Notes: generated by a model not told the origin, from the sequence alone. A DNA stretch of 64,000 nucleotides from Octopus sinensis (GCF_006345805.1 NC_043000.1:9610001-9674000); one strand, 5' to 3'; counted from the first letter of the stretch, positions 26,805 through 40,383 are shown. Numbers and translations are program-made.

Positions 26805-27110
26805 ACGAAAGTATTATCTACGATAGCAAGAGAAATATCTACGATCAGTAGCACATGAAATAGAATATGTTTGTCTTGAATAAAAATATGTCATTGTTTT
26901 TACTTCAGGTACAAAGTGACGCAAAAGCCAATTTTCAAACTGTGAAGCTGTAACCCAAGCTGTTTTATTTGCCTTCCACATGACAGGAAGTGTAGCTTTT
27001 ACGAGGCCATTAGGTGTAATTGGGTTTTTGACACAATGCACAGGCATGTGTCTTAACATACAGTCTTCAGCTGCATAACTTCCAAACGATAACGTTAATC
27101 GTTTTTAGCG
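26805..27110 (-). pseudogene. Tigger/pogo transposase DDE-domain fragment
   Basis: KRLTLSFGSYAAEDCMLRHMPVHCVKNPITPNGLVKATLPVMWKANKTAWVTASQFENWLLRHFVPEVK, then frameshifted FHVLLIVD; matches the pogo pattern RLT..G.NA.G..KL....LPV.W..NK.AW.T...F..W....FVPEV....KVLL.LDN. Confidence 0.88.
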
Positions 27111-27322
27111 ATTATAGTATTATAGTACATTTTATGGTGTGAGCAAAGCTAGGTCAAACTGAAATTAATTAACTAGAGGTGCACGAAACAGCGTTGTATA
27201 CAAATATATTAAATATAATTGTGCATACCTATATTTTATTCTACACTGCTTCGTGCACCTCAAGTGTGCATATGTATGCGTGCGCACACACACACACACA
27301 CGCATACACACGCAAATAATCA

Positions 27323-27485
27323 TAGGAATGGGTGTGTGGTAAGTAGCTTGCTTACGAACTACATGGTTCCAGGTTCAGTCCTACTGCGTGGCAGCTTGGG
27401 CAAGTGTCTTCTACTATAGCCTCGGGCCAACAAAAGCCTTGTGAGTGGATTTGGTAGACGGAAACTGAAAGAAGCCCTTCGTATA
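27323..27485 (+). mobile_element. SINE family A, 5' half
   Basis: gtgtgtggtaagtagcttgcttacgaactacatggttccaggttcagtcc...gaaactgaaagaagccc. Confidence 0.85.
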
Positions 27486-27563
27486 TATGTATATGTATAT
27501 ATATATATATACACGCACGCCTATATATATATAAATGTATATATGTGTGTACGTGTGTATGTT

Positions 27564-28005
<442 letters not shown>

Positions 28006-28267
28006 AGTCTTATTGTGAAAAGTTTGTGTACGTTGTTTTCATTTTGTTAATTGTGTGGTTAACGAGTTTAGTTTAAATGAGCATGCAATAGGCCATTATT
28101 TGTATGCTTAGCTTTCCCTTGATATCACAATAAGGAAAGTTAGTATCGGTTCATATCACGTACTATTGTTCACACTTTACCTTAATTCATTGAAACAGTT
28201 AGAAGAGCTGCAACAATAATATTTCGTAGCTGTCATTTGAATGAAGTGCTGAAGGAGTCTCGCGACA

Positions 28268-28405
28268 TTAAACGTATCTATCAATTTTCAATTTACACAA
28301 TTTTTCAGATAACCTCCTATTTTCTTCATAATAATAACAACAACAACAACAACAATAATAATAATAATAATGATCATGATAATAATAATAATAATAATAA
28401 TAATA

Positions 28406-28436
<31 letters not shown>

Positions 28437-28724
28437 TATTAATACTGATAATAATAATAATAACAATAATAATAATGATCATGATAATAATAATAATAAA
28501 AATGATCATGATAATGATCATGATAATAATAATAATAATAGTAATAATGATGATGATAATGATGATGATCATGATAATAATAATAAAAATGATCATGATA
28601 CTGATGATCATGATAATGATGATGATGATAATAATAATAATGATAATAATAATTATGATGATGATGATGATATAATAATAATAATTATGATGATGATGAA
28701 GATGATGATATTATAATAATAATT

Positions 28725-28765
<41 letters not shown>

Positions 28766-29137
28766 AATTTTGACATGAGACCAGTAATTTCGGGGATGGG
28801 CAAGTCGATCACATTGACCCAGTGCTTATCTGGTACTTATTTTATCGAATCGAAAGCGTGAAAGGATATGTCGACCCCGGCGGCATTTGAACCAAGAACG
28901 TAAAGACGCGCGAACCGCCGCTAAGCATTTTGCCGACATGCTAACGATTTTTGCCTTTTTTTCATTTCGACGTCGATAAAATAAGTACCAGCTGAATACT
29001 GGGGCTTGTGTAATCGAGTTACTCCTTTTCCCCACAAAATTTCAGGTCTTTTGCTAATTGTAGAAAGGATTACTATTTTTATAATTATCAAGATTACATC
29101 ATCACCCTCGTCCTCATCATAGCTGTCATCGTCGTCG

Positions 29138-29195
<58 letters not shown>

Positions 29196-29299
29196 TATTA
29201 TCATCACCAGCTGCAGCGTTATCTTTGTCTTCGCCATCATCATCCCGAGCTTTATTCAATAAACCAATACTTTCAGAAATATGATAAATACATCCATAG
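28268..29299 (+). repeat. Segmental duplicate of 32531-33628 (unique DNA + AAT/GAT tracts + paired SINE-B fragments)
   Basis: Shared ctatcaattttcaatttaca, the same diverged SINE-B pair, and gagctttattcaataaac.aatactttcagaaatatgataaata. Confidence 0.9.
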
Positions 29300-29709
29300 T
29301 TTGCCACAACTCGTTGAAGTTGCTGCAGCAGCACAACGCGTTTTTGACACTTGACGTGTTACAATACACTTTCACAGAAACACAAATGTCAAAAGGCTTT
29401 TCAGATCAATACAAGATGCCTTCAAGTGATGCTATAAATGTCTCGAACTTAGGTTGCAGTCTGTTAAATTTCACACATTATTCAACGAAACGTATCTCCT
29501 CTTACTTTCATCCTTGGTTAGTTCTGTAGCTATTACTGATATTTTTAGACGCTACTGTTTCTTTTGATATTTCTGTTGTTGTTTAACCTAATTTATCTCG
29601 GATCGTACTCTATGTTCGAAGGTATAAATGCAGAGAGTATCCCAGCTCGCCATATATATATATATCGGAGAATGAATATTGATATATATTATATGCACTT
29701 ATATAATAT

Positions 29710-30233
29710 ACTAGCAGTATCGCCCGGCGTTGCTCGGGTTTATAAGGGAAATAACTATAAAAGCATTTTTAGTGAGTTATAGCAAAAAAATAGCAAAAAA
29801 TGCATTAAAAATGGAATAAAAAATGATGGTAATTTTGGTGTCTTCAAGCCATGAAGTCGTTGTCCTAAAAGAACGCTGGTCTCCTTGACGATGTTTTACG
29901 ACGTTGATTTCCTTACACTCCCTTCCCCACAGCTTCACGAGGGAGGGAAGAAGGGGGAGAAGCAACACAGGTGCAGGTGTGACCATGGACGCCAACTCCG
30001 CCGCCATCGACACACGAAAAAATATGCGTTAAAATGGAAAAAAATGATGTTAAATTATTTTTAAAATCGTAGACTCATCTTAGACTCGCGCTAATACCCA
30101 GACGGGCTCGATATGAATCACGACTATAAGATACCCGAATTTGGTTAAACTGCACCGCAAAATGTGGGAGTAGTTAGGAATCTAAATCGTAGGAGACAGA
30201 CACTCACACAACTACAGTTTTATATATATAGAT
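29710..30233 (+). mobile_element. Helentron-like non-autonomous element (HINE family 1)
   Basis: Starts ctagcagtatcgcccggcgttgctcggg (subterminal hairpin) and ends acagacactcacacaact...tatatatagat; sits in TA-rich DNA; homologues at 30346 and 56750. Confidence 0.75.
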
Positions 30234-30345
30234 ATATATCGGAGAATAAATATTGATGTATATTATATGCAGTTATTATATAATATATATATATAATATA
30301 TATATATATATTGTATATAATATTGTATATAATATATATATATAT

Positions 30346-30853
30346 ATCTATATATATAAAACTCTAGTTGTGTGAGTGTCTGTCCCCTTCGAGTTAGATT
30401 CCTAACTCCTCCCACATTTTGCGGTGCAGTTTAACCAAATTCGGGTATCTTATAGTCGTGATTCATATCGAGCCCATCTGACTATTAGCGCGCGTCAACG
30501 ATGAGTCTACGATTTTAAAAATAATTTAACATCATTTTTTATTCCATTTTAATGCATAAAATGCATCGTATGTCGATGGCGGCGGAGTTGGCGTCCACGC
30601 TCACAGCTGCACCTGTTTGCTTCTCCCCCTTCCCTCCCTCGTGAAGCTGTGGGGAAGGGAGTGTAAAGAAATCAACGTCGTAATGCGTTGTGAAGGAAAC
30701 CAGCGTTCTTTTAGAACAACGACTTCATGGCTTGAAGACACCAAAACAAAAATGGCTAAGAAAGCCCGAATTTATAAGGGAAGTAAGTCTCTAAAAATGC
30801 TTATATAGTTATTTCCCTTACAAACCCGAGCAACGCCGGGCGATACTGCTAGT
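30346..30853 (-). mobile_element. HINE family 1, inverted copy
   Basis: Reverse complement of 29710-30233 over most of its length; ends cccgagcaacgccgggcgatactgctag on +. Confidence 0.75.
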
Positions 30854-31024
30854 TGTATATATAATATATATATAATACATATATAATACATATATAATAT
30901 ATATAATATATAATATATATAATATATATATAATATATATATATAATATATATGTATAATATATATATAATAGAATATATATGTATGATATATATAATAT
31001 ATGTATATATATCCATTTATATAT

Positions 31025-31937
31025 ACTAGCTGACGTACCCGGTAATTCCCGGGAAAGTGTGGCTTATCCCTTGGTTCCGTCCTCATAATTGTTTCGCGAT
31101 TCCAATAACAGCAATACAAAGTATGTAGCCCTTAAAATGATTTTTGTGCATTTACAGAGAATACCGAACTGTCTTATACAGGATCTTGTTTTTAAGAATT
31201 CCCAATAAGTTATGAATACCCAAATTGTGAAACAGTTATGTAATAACATGAAATTAGTTACTTGATAATAAGAATTCAAATAAAGTAGATCCCAAAAGAG
31301 CTTTAATGCGTTCCCAGAGTATATAGAACATAGGAGGAAATACTAAGTTATGTATATTAAAATCGTGATGCATGTTACGTAATAACAGGCTAATCAGGTA
31401 TGAGATAATAACAATTCAAAGTAAATAACTCTGAAAAAGGCTTTTGCGCGTTCCCATTGAATATTACCCCCAGGGGCGCTAGTGTTGTTATATTCGTGAA
31501 TAAGTCACTAACCGAAATAAGTGGGTCCATTGTTTAGGAAAATACTATTTACTTGTTTAAGGTTTGTACTGGATAAATTGCGAAAATGACTCTAACAGTT
31601 CGAATACTAAGAAATAAGCATACTCAATTTCATTTTTACCAAATAATTTAGGAAAGTGAATGGATTATTTCTCTTGGCTATATATAAGAATCCTTCTAGG
31701 GCCGAATGGGTTATTTCCTATGGTTTTTAAAATAAAATATATTAGATATATATAAAGACCCCTTCCATTGGCTCTGTTATCGATTTTTTCAACAATGTAG
31801 GTATGCCATGAGGTTTCCAGACAAGAGTTCTCCTCACATGTCAAGTTTCATCCAAATCAATAAAACGATGTAGGAAGAGTTAGCTAACAACTCCACAAAC
31901 AAACACACAGACAGAATTTCCCACATATGTAGTAGAT
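31025..31937 (+). mobile_element. HINE family 2
   Basis: Starts ctagctgacgtacccggtaattcccggg and ends aagtttcatccaaatc...acaaacaaacacacagacagaatttccc..tagtagat, the usual Helentron-derived terminal layout. Confidence 0.7.
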
Positions 31938-32620
31938 TTATATATAAATATATTGTCAGAAAGTGGCTGATCACGTTCCTAGAAGAAAACAAGCAACCTT
32001 CTCACAAACACGCAGCATGGCTTCTGTTCAGGGATGAGTTGCTTCACACAGTTGCTCCAGCATGGCCGCAGTCAAATGACTGAAACAAGTAAAAGAATAA
32101 AAGATTATATATATATATGCGCTTACATACATGCACACACGTATATATACATATATCACAATGATATAGGATTATATATGAAATGACATTTCCAGCCACA
32201 TAATAATATATATGGCATGATACAACCCTACATCAATGCCTATGACATAACACTGATGCAAATATAAACGTCTATCTATGTTTGGTCTAAATCCCCTGTC
32301 TCAGTTTCTTATCTGACATGATACTGGTGTTCTTATTTTTCATCACTTTACGGTCGTTTTGCCATATTTTTCGGTAGTAAATCTGTGCACTCTCTTTTCT
32401 TGTCTGTAGTATTTTGAGCATTTCTCAATAAAAGTATCTCCAGTTACTCGCGTTGTTTGTTCTGTTTGCATAACTGATATTTCAGATTTTGTTGATACGA
32501 TATTACAATAATACATATGTCATAACTATGTTAAACATAGCTATCAATTTTCAATTTACATAATTTTACAGATACCTTCATATTTCCTTCATAATAATAA
32601 TAACGATGATAATAATATTA

Positions 32621-32690
<70 letters not shown>

Positions 32691-32691
<1 letters not shown>

Positions 32692-33064
32692 TTCTAATTG
32701 ATGTATCAATACCGGCAGATGACAACGTGTCTCTAAAAGAAATGGAGAAACTCTCAAAATACAAAGACCTGGAAATAGAGGTAACTAGAATGTGGAACCT
32801 GAAAACAGAAACAATTCCTATCATAGTAGGTGCATTAGGCATGATAAAAAAATATTCAGACAAATACATAACAAAAATACCAGGACTTACAAACACATAT
32901 AACATACAGAAAATTGCACTACTAGGCACTGCACACATCCTACGCAGAACACTTTCCATACAATAACCATCAGAGCATCACAACAAATCACAGCACATAC
33001 CCAAGGCACACAGAGCTGCGCTCGGTAGTGAAGTGAAAGCACGCTATAAAAATAAAACTACTGA
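32691..33064 (+). mobile_element. R4/Dong-like LINE 3' end (subfamily 1), RLE C-terminus, in (AAT)n
   Basis: FLIDVSIPADDNVSLKEMEKLSKYKDLEIEVTRMWNLKTETIPIIVGALGMIKK...IQKIALLGTAHILRRTL; AAT arrays on both sides. Confidence 0.9.
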
Positions 33065-33499
33065 ATAATAATAATAATAATAGTAATAATGGCTTCAAAT
33101 TTTGACATAAGACCAGTATTTTCGTGGATGGTAAGTCGATCACATCGACCCAGTGCTAGACTGGTACTTATTTTATCGACCCGAAAGGATGAAAATATAT
33201 GTCGATCCCAGCGGCATTTGAACCAAGAACGTAAAGATGCACGAAATGGCGCAAAGCATTTTGACGACATGCTAACGATTTTGCCTTTTTTTGCTTTCGA
33301 CGTCGATAAAAAAGTACCAGTTAAATACTGGGGCTTGTGTAATCGATTTGCTCCTTCCCCCCAAATTTCAGGTATTTTGCTAATCGTAGAAAGGATTATT
33401 ATTTTTATAATTATCATGATTACATCATCACCTTCGTCCTCATAGTTGTCGTCGCCGCCGATGACAACATCATCATCATCATTATCGACGTCGTCGTCG

Positions 33500-33541
<42 letters not shown>

Positions 33542-33708
33542 GCTGCAGCGTTATCTTCGTCATCGTCATCATCACGAGCTTTATTCAATAAACGAATACT
33601 TTCAGAAATATGATAAATATATTCATAGCATCATTTCTTGCCGGTAGATCGACCACATAGAGGCTCTTGCGCTGATTCCTTGCTTTTGTAGTTGTCCTAT
33701 TGTTGTTA

Positions 33709-33751
<43 letters not shown>

Positions 33752-33752
<1 letters not shown>

Positions 33753-34565
33753 TCTTTTTAATTTTGGCACAAAGCCAGCAATTTTGAAGGTAGGAGCCAA
33801 ACGGATTACATCGAACCTAGTGCTTGACTAGTACTTTATTTTATCGATCCTGAGAGGCTGAAATGTAACGTTGACCTCGGCCGGATTTGAACTCACAATA
33901 GAGAGAACCGAAAGAAATGCCACTAAGCATTTTGTCCGGCAAGCTTAACGAATTTGCCGGCTCGCCACCTTGTTAGACGTGAAAATAATCATAATTGTTT
34001 CAAATTTTGACACAAGGACAGTTATTTTAGAGGTAGGGACTAGTCAATTACCTCGACCCCAGTACCGAACTGGTATTTATTTAATCGACCCCGAAAGGAT
34101 GAAAGGTAAAGTGGACCTCGGCGGATTTTGAACTTAGAACGCGATGACAGACGAAATGCCTATTTCTTTACTACCCACAAGGGGCTAACCACAGACGGGA
34201 CAAACAAGGACAGACAAACGGACTAAGTCGATTATATCGACCCCAGTGCGTAACTGGTACTTAATTTATCGACCCTGAAAGGATGAAAGGCAAAGTCGAC
34301 CTCGGCGGAATTCGAACTTAGAACGTGATGCCTATTTATTTACTACCCACAGGGGGCTAACCACAGAGGGGATAAACAAGGACAGACAAACGGATTAAGT
34401 CGATTACATCGACCCCAGTGCGTACCTGGTACTTAATTTATCGACCCCGAAAGGATGAAAGGCTAAGTCGACCTCGGCGGAATTCGAACTCAGAACGTAA
34501 CGGCAGACGAAATGCGGCTATGCATTTCGCCCGGCGTGCTAACGATTCTGCTAGCTCGCCGCCTT
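33752..34565 (-). mobile_element. SINE-B monomer (33752-33971) and three-unit copy (33992-34565)
   Basis: Reverse-complement family-B bodies separated by the linker. Confidence 0.88.
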
Positions 34566-35120
34566 TGACAGACGAAATGCCGATAAGCAATTTGCCAGGC
34601 TTGCTGCCTTGTTAGACGTAATAATGATCATAATGGTTAATAGTAAGTGTAGGACTATGATGGCATCAATATGATTATAAGAAGCGCTCTGCCGACTGCC
34701 ACAGGTGCTTCTACTCTAATTAACAAAAAATAGAATTCTTTCTATTTTTTGTTTGTTTGTATGGTTCACATTTTTCAAACGTTGTTAATCTTGATTTTCC
34801 TTTTCAGTATTTGTTTCCCTGGTTTTTCGGTTCTTAACACAAATCAATAATTATAAAATCTGGAAAAAATATCAGCAAATATTATCGTACAACCGAAATG
34901 TATAACATCTCATAATATTCAGAAACAACAACTTCTTTATTTTTTTCTTTCTATCACGCATTTTTAATCTTATTTTCTGTCTTTCTATCATATGTATACA
35001 CTATTTATATAAACGCACTTATATAGAAACACACATACATAAATATGCACATATGTACTTGTATACATGCATATGTGTACACACATGCATACACACAGAG
35101 CCTAGCTCGATAGTTTTCTA

Positions 35121-35222
<102 letters not shown>

Positions 35223-35814
35223 GACCTACACCATCATCTCTGCGTGTATCTATGTATATATATATATATATAAATATCGATACATTTGAGTTCGGGAATT
35301 TAAGGGAATACTAGTAAAAAAGAAGACGGCGGTAAATTATTTATATGAAAGTGCAATGAACTGGAAGAAAAACTTATTGATTTTTCTCAGTTTCACAGTA
35401 GGAAATTGATTCCTTATTAGCTAAGCACCATCCGCTAAAATTCGATATTGTGAAATATTTCGTGGACTCAACACAGGTGTAATAAATTATCATGAAGTTA
35501 GATTTACATATGAAGAATACAACCGATTAAATGAACTCCAATATATATTTGCCATTTATTGCATCGATTTCAAATCGATAAATGCTTCTTTGTAATGCAT
35601 GCAGGTTTGAAATGCAGCTGCTCAACTATCCTCTCGTTCTGAAGATACTTGTAATGCAATTTCATTGCAGTTGTTGTCGTTCTTGTTCTAGTTTTTGTTT
35701 AACCCCAAGTCAGCCTCGATCAAGCAGGTCTGTGATCGAAGGCGTTCCAGCCTTAACCATTCCACTGTTTAAGACAGTGCATCTAGATAAAAAAATTATA
35801 AAAGCTAAAGGAGC

Positions 35815-36285
35815 GTTGCTAAGAACAAAGAAGAGATTGTTAAAAGAAAAAATCAATGCCATGTCCACTAATGATGCACGCATGCAGAAGGTGGACAATA
35901 AACAAACAAGATAGAAGGAAAATTAATGTGTTCGATATGATGCTGGAGAGAACGATTGAGAATATCATGAACAGAGGGAAGAACAAACAGATCGATAATG
36001 CAGCAAGGGAAACATGAGAGCATTCTAGATGCATTGATTGTCAAATAAAGATTAAAAATTTTTGTCACGTTGTAAGAGTAGATGGCATAGAAATAGTATT
36101 ATGTTGAGAAAAATTGACGGTTCAAGAGAAGGACGACTACACATGTATATACAGTGGGTAGATGGAAGCGAATGAAACGTGGAGGGTAATGTCCATAAAT
36201 CAGCTGTAGATGAGTGAGAGATAGGCAGTACAAGAGACGTATAACCATAATATTATCAGATATCGAACATGACATGGGGCTGCGT
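35815..36285 (+). pseudogene. RTE (BovB-like) LINE 3' fragment
   Basis: LRTKKRLLK...MHACRRWTINKQDRRKINVFDM / CWRERLRIS*TEGRTNRSI / FCHVVRVDGIEIVL / RGRL..QWVDG across frameshifts; parallels the RTE C-terminus WTIKK...IDAFELWCWRRLLR..W...FGH..R. Confidence 0.8.
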
Positions 36286-36493
36286 TGAGAGGATTATAAT
36301 AATCTTTTCCACTATACGACACAAGACTTGAAATTTTGGGGGAGGGGCAACTGGGTTACCTCAATCCCAGTTCTCAACTGGTCAGAATTTGAACTCGGCA
36401 GAATTTGAACTCAGTACATAAAGATGGATGAAATGGCGCTAAGCATTTTGTCAGGCGTGCTAACGATGCTGCTGGGTCGCCTACTTTTTAATG

Positions 36494-36543
<50 letters not shown>

Positions 36544-36550
36544 TAATAAT

Positions 36551-36892
36551 GTGGCATCTCAAGGCGACTACAGTAACAGTGATTGTAAGATCTCTAGGAA
36601 TGTTAAAAAAGGTGCTGAAACCTATTTGAAAATGATACCAGGCTTACCATCCCCACAGGAAGAGTAAAAAATCGTGTTAACTGGAACGGCTCATGTATTG
36701 AGAAGAGCATTATCGCTGTGTAAACAACATCCATTCATGAATTTATTTATTTATTAATTTTTTAAATGCATATTTTACCTGTGAATTTGCGTGTGTAATC
36801 TGGGAATGCATACAATGAGCTTCTCTGCCCTGTGTGTGTGGAAAACACTCGGCGAGAAATGGAAGAAAATTTGAAGAAAGGAAATGATAATA
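36551..36892 (+). mobile_element. R4/Dong-like 3' end (subfamily 2) in (AAT)n
   Basis: WHLKATTVTVIVRSLGM..GAETYLKMIPGLPSPQE.*KIVLTGTAHVLRRALSL; homologous to 5575-5935. Confidence 0.85.
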
Positions 36893-36896
36893 AGGA

Positions 36897-36965
<69 letters not shown>

Positions 36966-37799
36966 CCTTTATACTATAGGCACAAGGCCTGAAATTTATT
37001 TCTGACTAGGTGAAAAAAAAAACCATGTTGAGGCTCTCTCGTTAGCTCATATATAATTTCATTATTAATGGTAGTGGTGATAGCTAAGATATACAACGCT
37101 GAGCTATATTGTTTTATAGTATTTAGCTTTAGACTTCTATACACTCTTTACCAAACACCGATTTACTTTTCCTATCTCCCTTATGCTCAATACAAACAAT
37201 ATTATTCTGAGACCAATTTACTCGACTGTACCTATTGTCTAATACTGAGTTACTGTAAGAAATTGCTGTATATGTACAGCATAAGGGACACCTTTTTTAC
37301 GAAGAAATACATCTAAGTTTACCTGCTGTGAGTCAAACACGTTTTTCCCACGGGTCACATAGTGCTTAACAGCATTATCTTCAGCAGCGATAAAATATGG
37401 AAGAATATAAATTTTCTGAGATGAACTTATTATTTTTATTAATATTTAGACCTGCCTAAAATGATCGTTTCATTGTAGTAATGGAGGTAATCCCTGTTTC
37501 TATGACTTAAGCAGTATTGAGGCAGATAAATGTTTTCTTCAATACTTCCTTCTGTCCCCAATCTTTAAAAAGGAGATAGAAAATTTATTTTCTAATCTGT
37601 TCTATGTCTTCCTATTGTTCTTTTTCCCCCATCTTCCGCAGAGAACAATATCCCGTTATTCAATTCCCAAATATAAACAACCGAAGTTCCATTCCGTTGC
37701 AGAAATCCCTATCACACTAGCTCTTCAGCGCTTAAAACAAATACATATGAGAATATAGTAATATAATCATGTAATAATATTATTTTAATTCCTCTAGAC

Positions 37800-38910
37800 C
37801 GAGCGTGAATGACCTTTTCCGTAAAGCACGCTGCATGAGACAAAGCTCATCATCAAGCGGGCCGCAATACTAAAGAATCAAAGGAAATTTTTCTTTAAGC
37901 ATGCCATTCAGAAAGTCCCGGAGGCTGCATTTTCACCTATATTTTAGAGCTTGTGTCTCTGCTTTTAATTCAGATATTTCGAGCCTTTGCTCTGTCCTAT
38001 TCTTTTTCTATTGAGGTTCTCGAGGGTATTGAGCGTGGATGATTTTTCTCTCCATTTTTCTTCTGTACATTTTGGAATTCTGTATTGATCTATCTTGCTT
38101 TGCTTTTTTTTCTTAACCTTTTCTGTTGTTTGGTCTTATCCAAATCTTTTTCTGCAGTGAAGTTAATTTCCAGTTTGTACGTTATTACTTCCTTATATAT
38201 ATATAAAAAGGTATATTGGCTTTTTCGTGCTTCTCTATTACTAATTAGTTTTCTTTTGCTTGTTTCGTTTCATGGTTGAAGAGTTTTTTAGTGTTGGGGC
38301 TGCTAATAATTGCATATAAAGTGCATCCGTATCCAAGAGTTTAATTTACTATCAGATGTATTTCAGTGATCAATTCAAGTAATTCTAAGATTTCATTTCC
38401 TCTTTATACTGTCGTCTATAGTTGTTTGGTCCGCTGGTAGCTGCTCTTTTTACTGCCATACACTTCTTTCCGGTCCTCTTTCTACTGAGCTTCTAATACA
38501 TTATTGCTCTTCGGGTGAATAACAAGCATGTTCTAGATAATGCAAAGGCTTTCTACATTGTTGGTAGGCAAGATATCGATCTATACTATTAAGAATTTCT
38601 GGAGAATTGATGCTGTTTTCTCCTTCTTTTGATTCTGGTCTATGGTGGTAGTAATCCAAGTTGCTTTCCAGTTGCTTGCATCTATGTAAGTGAATGCAGC
38701 CGGGAAAGGGTACCTCTCTTGCTAGTCAGCTTAATTCTGGATCCGTGGTGTTCCTTGATTGACCTTAGGTGACTGTACCCCTAGTAAGTTGTCTCATTCC
38801 TATCTTTATGTTTTCCACATTTGTTTTTCTTTCACAATCAATTCTGCATAAACCCATAACGTTTGTATCGTCCTTTCATCTGCTGTCCTTGTGACAAATA
38901 AAAGAAGTCG

Positions 38911-39000
<90 letters not shown>

Positions 39001-39170
39001 GTTATTATTATGTTGACAATACCTCATTCATTAGCAACTTTGGTAACACTGACTACACTCTGCGTCCCTAGATATCAGTGATATAGAAACGCTGGTGGCT
39101 CTGGTGACACTGTAACACGAGTGATGCTGTGACACTCATGACTTGTGACACTGGTGACTTTTCTCACTCA
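37800..39170 (-). pseudogene. Possible decayed LINE ORF1-like remnant
   Basis: Purine-rich minus strand with broken frames (PRI..L...PFPAAFTYID..W; EQRLEISELKAETQALK) and degenerate gtgacact/SVT repeats at 39040-39160; family not identifiable. Confidence 0.25.
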
Positions 39171-40154
39171 AGCATCTTAAATTGAATATATCTTTCCGAA
39201 ATGTAATCTGGAGCTGGTTCTGAAGCTAATGATATTGATTTGTGGGAAAAGAGATTATCTTTCGGCGTAAGAGATTAAGAGATTCCATTTCAACAGACAG
39301 CAAAATCTTTGAGCTGACTGACGTTGATCTTTCAAAATTAATACTTATAGTGGTTTCTGAAATCGCTTCCTATTTACGTAAACAAATGCTATCAATCATG
39401 AACAAACCCCTCACACATATTCTATTACTAACCAATAACTTTATAGGTTTCGCACGAAAGCTGCTTTTTTTTTTTTTACAGAGAACAGGTTTTCATACCT
39501 AGACTGTGTGGCTGAGCAAAAAAAACAAGCATAAAAAATAAATAAAGAAAGAAAAGAAAAAACTGATTCTAGCTTTGATTAACAAAACGGAAATGACATT
39601 CATAGATATGTTTCGATTGCATTTCGTGTAAAAGCTCATACGAAATCCAAATTGAATATCTTTATTTATAAAATCATTATCAACGGGGAAGAATTGTAAA
39701 AATAGTAACGATGATAAAATAATATAAATAATGAGAAAACAAAGAGAAATCAAATGTCCTCGAATCGAAGTATCAGTTCTAACGGGCGATAAAATATCTC
39801 CAAAAAAGAAAAAAAGCAAAACAAAAAAAAATGGAGACGCTATCAGGATATAAAACTAGAAAACAATGGTATTCAGAGTGAGGGAATTGAAAATGGATAC
39901 AATGCACATAATATTTGCTTTGGGAAAGACAAAAAGAGGTGCAAACAAATTCATAAACAAACACAAAACGTCAGAACATTCGCATGCTTATATAACATAG
40001 AGTGAATAACAGTATTGTATTATGTACACATAGTTTAGAATGCGAACTTTCAACATGATAAAAGAAAGAAAGAAACAAAACAAAACAAAATAAAGAACTT
40101 CATGTACCTAAACTTGCAATAAATTATTGAAATAATAATAACAATAATAATAAT

Positions 40155-40220
<66 letters not shown>

Positions 40221-40222
<2 letters not shown>

Positions 40223-40382
40223 TACAACTGGAAATCCTATGCAAGATCGATGTCTTGCAAAAAGCAGCCTTATTGGGCACAGCGCACATCTTAAGGAAAG
40301 TATTAACTGTCTGAGGTCCCTGTTGTAACTTGACTGATGATTAAAGACTCCGGTGCATTTTTACCTACACTGTGTTACGAAG

Positions 40383-40383
<1 letters not shown>
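40221..40383 (+). mobile_element. R4/Dong-like 3' end (subfamily 3) in (AAT)n
   Basis: KIDVLQKAALLGTAHILRKVLTV* plus a short UTR. Confidence 0.85.
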
